Shown here: piece after piece, positions 58,889-64,000 of the stretch
Position numbering within the stretch: position 1 is the stretch's first letter
How the letters are laid out: each line of letters begins with the position of its first letter
Origin: an uncultured Pseudomonadales bacterium
Lineage (GTDB): Bacteria; Pseudomonadota; Gammaproteobacteria; Pseudomonadales; JADFDG01
Direction: 5' to 3'
DNA length: 64,000 nucleotides
NCBI GenBank assembly: GCA_964574995.1
Contig: CAZNPF010000006.1
Coordinates: forward strand, 42,877-106,876
Position numbers and translations under genes: made by a program
Notes under the pieces: generated by a model
Database searches by the model: none
The model's input: only the letters and a program-made list of their open reading frames with translations
Told to the model about the DNA's origin: nothing

Positions 58889-61168
58889 TCAAACCGCCGC
58901 CGCTTTGCGCGCCAACACCATGCCGTAACCTTTCTTCTCCAGAATACGGCTCACGTGCGACTGGATAACCTGCGGGTTATCCATCGTCATCACCTCCGCA
59001 AGCAACGCACGCGCATCCGCCAACGAAGAATTGCGCACCACCCACTTCACTTTCAGCAGTGCCGATGCGTTCATCGACAACGAATCGAAACCCATCGCCA
59101 TCAACAACAACGTAGCCAACGGATCGCCGGCCAACTCACCGCAGATGCTGACGGGTTTTCCTTCCGCATGCCCCGCCTCTACCACCTGCCTCAACGCCGC
59201 CAGTACCGCCGGGTGGAAGCCACTGTATAGACCAGATACACGCGGGTTATTGCGATCTACCGCCAACAAATATTGCGTGAGGTCGTTAGAACCGACCGAC
59301 AAAAAATCCATGCGCTGCGCCAATTCGCGCGCCTGATAAACCGCTGCCGGCACTTCGATCATGGCGCCTACTGCCGGCATTTCAATATCCATGCCCTCGT
59401 CACGCACTTCCAACCACGCACGGTGCACCAAGTGCATGGCCTCTTCAGCCTCAAACACCGTGGTGATCATGGGCACCAACACCCGCAAATTGTTGAGTTT
59501 TGCGCCAGCCTTAAGCATGGCTCGCACTTGCACGAGGAAAATATCGGGGTGATCCAACGTGATACGAATGCCTCGCCAGCCCAGAAAAGGATTGGTTTCC
59601 TCCACCGGAAAATACGGCAGCATTTTGTCGCCGCCGACATCCAGCGTACGCATCACAACCGGGTGCGGCGAAAACGCTTCCAACTGCTGCCGATAAATGG
59701 ATCGCTGCTCTTCTTCGGATGGGAAGCGGTCACGCACCATGAACGGAATTTCCGTTCGATAAAGGCCCACGCCTTCTGCGCCGCGCCCTAACGAGCGCTG
59801 CACATCGGCCAGTAACCCGGTATTCACCATTAATGTCACATGATGCCCGTCATGCGTAGTCGCCGGCAGATTTCGCAGCGGCTCCAACTCAGCAACCAGG
59901 TTTTGTTCGTCGCGAATGATTTGTTCGTACTGACTGACGAACTCACGACCCGGATCCACGATGACGCGCCCACGAAATCCGTCGGCAATCATGCGTTTTC
60001 CGTCGACTTGCGTCAGCGGAAGGTCCGTTAAGCCCAGCACCACCGGGATGCCCATGGTGCGCGCAACGATCGCCATATGCGATGTTGCCGACCCACCAAC
60101 TGTAGTAATGGCGCGAATTTTTTCGCGCGGCAAATCCATCAGCGTTGTGGCACTGATCTCTTCAGCCGCCACGATCGCGTTATCCGGAAAATCAGCCAGT
60201 GCCGGCAGCGACCGGGCTTGCAACTGCGCAAGCACGCGCAAGCCGAGATCGCGAACATCAGCGGCACGATCACGCAAATACGCATCTTCCATGCGCCGGA
60301 ATGATTCGATATGCGCAACGATCACCGCCCGCAACGAACCTTCCGCCCAGTTTCCAGTCTCGCGCACTTTATTGACGATGTCGCCGCCCAGTGCGTTCTT
60401 ATCCAGCATGCGCAGCCACACATCAAACAGCGCCTGCTCTTCCGGGCGCAACTGGTTAGCAATGCGCTCACCCAAACGTCGAATCTCGGTGCGCACTGAC
60501 ATCAGCGCATTTTCAAGTCGAGAAACTTCACTCTCGATATTTTCAACTTGGCGATCCGGCACCGATTCCAGCTCGGCCGGCGGATAAATCACTTTTACGG
60601 TCCCGATGGCGGCGCCCGGGCTACCCGCAACACCCACAAAAACTTTATCGTGTTCCGGGGTAATTTCCGCAATGGCAACAGCACGGGCCAATGCGCGCGC
60701 ATGTGACACCAAGCCAGAAAGCTGCGCGGCAATCGTGACAAGAAAAGCTTCTTCGCTTTGATCAAAGCGCCGACGATCGCGCTGCTGAACGATCAATACG
60801 CCAAGCGTTTTTCCCTGATTGATCACCGGCACGCCGAGAAACGCGTGGAAAGCGTCCTCGCCAACTTCGGGCAAATACTGGAACTTGGGGTGCGTGAACG
60901 CGTCTTCGAGGTTAATAGGCTCTTCGCGCAAGCCCACCTGCCCGACCAAGCCCTCTGCAATGCCCATGCTGGCTTTGCCGACGGCTTCTTTTTTTAAGCC
61001 CTCGGTGGCCATCAGCACCCAGCGGTTGATCGCTTCGTCGAGCAAATAAACCGAGCAGACCTCCGCGCCCATCGCATCGCGCACGCGCTTGACGAGCAAC
61101 GCCAACGCCGACGGAACGTCGGGCGCGGTGTTGACCTCTTGCACGATGCGACGCAATACCTCAAGCAC
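58889..61168 (-). CDS. ptsP: phosphoenolpyruvate-protein phosphotransferase PtsP (EI-Ntr, GAF domain)
   Basis: N-terminal GAF domain, the phosphohistidine context GGSATSHMAIVARTMGIPVV, and a PEP-utilising C-terminal domain (SVGSNDLTQY). Confidence 0.9.
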   Translation of the reverse strand: MLEVLRRIVQEVNTAPDVPSALALLVKRVRDAMGAEVCSVYLLDEAINRWVLMATEGLKKEAVGKASMGIAEGLVGQVGLREEPINLEDAFTHPKFQYLPEVGEDAFHAFLGVPVINQGKTLGVLIVQQRDRRRFDQSEEAFLVTIAAQLSGLVSHARALARAVAIAEITPEHDKVFVGVAGSPGAAIGTVKVIYPPAELESVPDRQVENIESEVSRLENALMSVRTEIRRLGERIANQLRPEEQALFDVWLRMLDKNALGGDIVNKVRETGNWAEGSLRAVIVAHIESFRRMEDAYLRDRAADVRDLGLRVLAQLQARSLPALADFPDNAIVAAEEISATTLMDLPREKIRAITTVGGSATSHMAIVARTMGIPVVLGLTDLPLTQVDGKRMIADGFRGRVIVDPGREFVSQYEQIIRDEQNLVAELEPLRNLPATTHDGHHVTLMVNTGLLADVQRSLGRGAEGVGLYRTEIPFMVRDRFPSEEEQRSIYRQQLEAFSPHPVVMRTLDVGGDKMLPYFPVEETNPFLGWRGIRITLDHPDIFLVQVRAMLKAGAKLNNLRVLVPMITTVFEAEEAMHLVHRAWLEVRDEGMDIEMPAVGAMIEVPAAVYQARELAQRMDFLSVGSNDLTQYLLAVDRNNPRVSGLYSGFHPAVLAALRQVVEAGHAEGKPVSICGELAGDPLATLLLMAMGFDSLSMNASALLKVKWVVRNSSLADARALLAEVMTMDNPQVIQSHVSRILEKKGYGMVLARKAAAV

Positions 61169-61209
61169 GCGCGTCTCTCCCAGCGTTTGGCTTCAGATTT
61201 CCGTTCCGC

Positions 61210-61695
61210 TTAGCGCTTACCGCCAACCGGCAATGCAGATACCAACTGCTTCATCGCCAACATATACACATTGCGTTTGAAATCGATCACCTGATCCAGC
61301 GGATACCAGTAATTGACCCAGCGCCAGTCCTCAAATTCCGGCTTGTGCATCACCTTCAGATTGATGCTTGCTTCGCTGCCAATCAGCTCAAGCAAAAACC
61401 ATTGTTGCTTCTGGCCGATACAACGTGGATTTTCTTGTCGGCGAATAAATTTATCGGGCAAGTGGTAGCGTAGCCAGCCTTGCGTTCTGGCCAGAATTTT
61501 TACGTCTCCCGGTTGCAGGCCAACTTCTTCGTGCAACTCGCGATACATCGCTTCCTCAGATGACTCGCCGCCAGCAATGCCGCCCTGCGGAAACTGCCAT
61601 GCATCATGACCACGACGGCGCGCCCACAGAACGCGGCCATCCCCATTACACACAATGATGCCCACATTGGGGCGGAAACCTTCAGAGTCGATCAC
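61210..61695 (-). CDS. rppH: RNA pyrophosphohydrolase
   Basis: Lies in ORF 61210..61773. A homology-type start is GTG 61695 ([15 protein letters not shown]). Nudix box [23 protein letters not shown]. It sits upstream of ptsP, as in other gammaproteobacteria. Confidence 0.88.
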   Translation of the reverse strand: MIDSEGFRPNVGIIVCNGDGRVLWARRRGHDAWQFPQGGIAGGESSEEAMYRELHEEVGLQPGDVKILARTQGWLRYHLPDKFIRRQENPRCIGQKQQWFLLELIGSEASINLKVMHKPEFEDWRWVNYWYPLDQVIDFKRNVYMLAMKQLVSALPVGGKR

Positions 61696-61939
61696 GGCTG
61701 CACCGGCGAACAAGGCGCGGCGGTGATCAGGCCACCGCACACGCAAACGTTTGGAATATGGCCATGTGAACACGACCTAGCCTGCGGGAGCAATCGACCC
61801 GCGCACAAAGGGAAGGTTCATCCCGCACAACACGCACCTTTCCGTGCGGGCAGACCTCCGCTCCGCGCTATCATTCGGCGCCTGTTCGGCGGCCGCTCAT
61901 CCTCGGCCGCACTCACCGACAAGATGACCGAAACCCGCC

Positions 61940-62629
61940 ATGTCTAACCGCCCTGACGAATCGCAACGACTCGCGCTCTTTGATCTCGACAACACCTTAC
62001 TCGCGGGCGACTCCGACCACGCGTGGGGCGATTTTCTGATTGCGCGTGGCGCGGTCGACGGCAAGCACTACAAAGCCATCAACGATCAGTTTTATCGCGA
62101 TTACACCGCCGGCCGATTGGATATCCGCGCCTATCTCGAGTTTTCACTGAAAGTGCTGTCCGAGCACCCCAAACAACGATTAGACACTTGGCATGAAGAA
62201 TTCATGGCCGAAGTCGTCGAACCCATGATCCTGCCGAAAGCCGAAGCTTTGATTGCACAGCATCGGAAAGTTGGCGACTTTCTGTTGATCATCACCGCCA
62301 CCAATGATTTTGTGACTGCGCCGATTGCCGAGCGGCTTGGCGTCGATGCGCTCATTGCGACCACGGCGGAATGCGTTGCTGGCCGCTATACGGGAAAAAT
62401 TGTTGGAACACCGTGCTATCGCGAAGGAAAGATCACGCGACTTAATGCGTGGCTGGCCGAAAGCAACGCGTCGCTGGAGCGCAGCGTGTTTTATTCAGAT
62501 TCACACAACGATGTGCCGCTGCTAGAAACCGTCGACTATCCTGTTGCGGTCGACCCTGATCAAGAACTGCTGCGCATCGCTCGCGAACGTCAGTGGGAAA
62601 TCATTTCTTTGCGGAAAAATTACATCTGA
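61940..62629 (+). CDS. HAD-IB family hydrolase (SerB-like)
   Basis: LALFDLDNTLL motif I, ITATNDF, and YSDSHNDVPLL motif IV. Confidence 0.8.
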   Translation: MSNRPDESQRLALFDLDNTLLAGDSDHAWGDFLIARGAVDGKHYKAINDQFYRDYTAGRLDIRAYLEFSLKVLSEHPKQRLDTWHEEFMAEVVEPMILPKAEALIAQHRKVGDFLLIITATNDFVTAPIAERLGVDALIATTAECVAGRYTGKIVGTPCYREGKITRLNAWLAESNASLERSVFYSDSHNDVPLLETVDYPVAVDPDQELLRIARERQWEIISLRKNYI

Positions 62630-62645
62630 TCTGATGCTCTACCGA

Positions 62646-63866
62646 TCAGGCCGTCGGCGTGACACGCGCAAAAATAGCCTTGAGATAATCCGTTTCCGGA
62701 ATTGCCGGCAATACGGGATGATCAGCGCCCTGACCGCCCTGCGCGATAACTTGCACGTTGCGATCCACCTGTCGGCCCGTGGCGCGCACCACATCCAGCA
62801 GATCCGCACGCGACAAATGCATCGAGCAAGAGCCGGACACTAATAAGCCGTCCTTTTGCAGCAAACGCATCGCCAGTTCATTGGCGCGTCGATAGGCAAT
62901 GGTGCCCTGCTCCATATCTTTACGGCGCTTGATAAAGGCAGGCGGGTCCATTACGACAATGTCAAATCGCTCTCCTTCCTCCAGCAAGGCTTTCATTTGC
63001 TGAAAGGCATCACCGACACGCGTGCGCACGCGCGCTGCGCAATCATTGAGCGCCGCATTGGCGGAAACCTGCACCAATGCCGGCGCCGATGCATCCACAC
63101 AAAGCACTGCGCTCGCACCGGCAGCAGCGGCTTGTACGCCCCAGCCTCCGATATAACTGAACACATCCAGTACGCGGCATTCTTTTTGTCTCGCCACCAG
63201 CGACATCAACCGTGCACGATTATCCCGATGATCATAAAACCAACCTGTTTTCTGGCCGGTTTTAATCGGTGCACGAAATTTCACGCCGTTTTCGATCAGA
63301 TCAACCTCATCAGGCACCGTGCCATGCGCCACCACGATTTCTTCCGGTAAGCCCTCGAGCGCGCGCACCGACGAATCATTACGCAGCAAAATGCCAAAGG
63401 GTTTTAGCACCTTCACCAAGGCAGCAATGATTTGCTCGCGCAGCGTTTCCATGCCCGCAGTACCAATTTGCACCACCAGCACATCGTCATAACGATCCAC
63501 GACCAAGCCTGGCAAGCCATCGCTGTCGCCATAAATCAGCCGATAATGCGGCGTGGCAAATACACGCTCACGCAACGACAACGCAATTTTGATGCGATGC
63601 ACCAACAGCGATTGGTCCAGTGGCTTGTCGGCTTCGCGGGTATATAACCGCGCAGCAATCAACGTGCCGGGGTTGAAGATCGCCGTACCCAGCGGCTTGT
63701 CACGCGAGTCGAATACCGTGACCTGCGCGCCCGCCGGCAAGCCCTTGATCGGGGTTTCAGCGATGTCGATTTCATTGGAATAGACCCACGCATGCCCCGC
63801 CCGCAAACGACGCTCCTCGTTCTTCTTCAGGCGCAGCGGGGGCAGATTCGAACCGACAGCAGACAT
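62646..63866 (-). CDS. rlmI: class I SAM-dependent 23S rRNA m5C methyltransferase RlmI-like
   Basis: N-terminal PUA-like LRLKKNEERRLRAGHAWVYSNEI. The methyltransferase core has VLDVFSYIGGWG and VMDPPAF. Confidence 0.8.
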   Translation of the reverse strand: MSAVGSNLPPLRLKKNEERRLRAGHAWVYSNEIDIAETPIKGLPAGAQVTVFDSRDKPLGTAIFNPGTLIAARLYTREADKPLDQSLLVHRIKIALSLRERVFATPHYRLIYGDSDGLPGLVVDRYDDVLVVQIGTAGMETLREQIIAALVKVLKPFGILLRNDSSVRALEGLPEEIVVAHGTVPDEVDLIENGVKFRAPIKTGQKTGWFYDHRDNRARLMSLVARQKECRVLDVFSYIGGWGVQAAAAGASAVLCVDASAPALVQVSANAALNDCAARVRTRVGDAFQQMKALLEEGERFDIVVMDPPAFIKRRKDMEQGTIAYRRANELAMRLLQKDGLLVSGSCSMHLSRADLLDVVRATGRQVDRNVQVIAQGGQGADHPVLPAIPETDYLKAIFARVTPTA

Positions 63867-64000
63867 GGACAGATACTCAGAAACGGGGGGAGGATTCTAT
63901 GGCCTATCGACCATGGTGCGATCACTATCATTGCGAGATCGCTCTCATGGAATGCGGTGATCCAAGCGCTTAGCTGGCAGATAAAAAAGACTCGCGACCT

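Overview
This is a GC-rich, densely coding chromosomal segment from what looks like a gammaproteobacterium. The gene order parE-yqiA-cpdA-DUF1249-nudF-thiC / tolC, and an LPS-core locus abutting ilvE-glnE, resemble Pseudomonadales/Oceanospirillales-type genomes as I recall them. The organism cannot be named from the sequence alone. I can support about 62 protein-coding genes, several hairpin terminators and one candidate operator. Reading intergenic regions by eye, I found no rRNA, tRNA, CRISPR array, transposase or integrase.

Layout:
- 1-8.1 kb: housekeeping block parE...nudF, thiC and divergent tolC.
- 8.1-12 kb: sugar-nucleotide supply genes (a Ugd-like paralog, pgi, galU).
- 12-28 kb: an LPS/LOS core-type locus with waaA, rmlACDB, an LpxL-family acyltransferase, ugd, five glycosyltransferase-like genes, two sulfotransferase-family genes, a YrbL-like kinase-fold gene and an ELM1/DUF1022 gene.
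- 28-41.6 kb: ilvE, glnE, NfeD/SPFH, a stand-alone GspE/PilB-family ATPase, DUF47-Pit, TauE, argA and ilvD.
- 41.7-43.5 kb: a two-gene porin plus small periplasmic protein cassette, bracketed by a perfect 36-bp direct repeat of a terminator hairpin.
- 43.5-44.6 kb: an unusual zinc-ribbon/RDD/pilin-like fusion gene.
- 45-50.8 kb: a persulfide/sulfite-type module (CsoR-family repressor, TauE, ETHE1-like dioxygenase, split YeeE/YedE) plus START, crotonase and OsmC-like genes.
- 50.9-64 kb: housekeeping genes (folA-thyA-lgt, leuA, ptsP-rppH, rlmI and others).

Most of the window is ordinary core genome, and I found no clear-cut novel multi-gene system. The observations most worth follow-up are:
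- the RDD-pilin fusion;
- the repeat-bracketed cassette;
- the orphan secretion-type ATPase;
- the Cys-to-Gly Ugd paralog coupled to pgi;
- the sulfotransferases inside the LPS locus.

All functional calls rest on motif recognition in the supplied translations. No database search was run.
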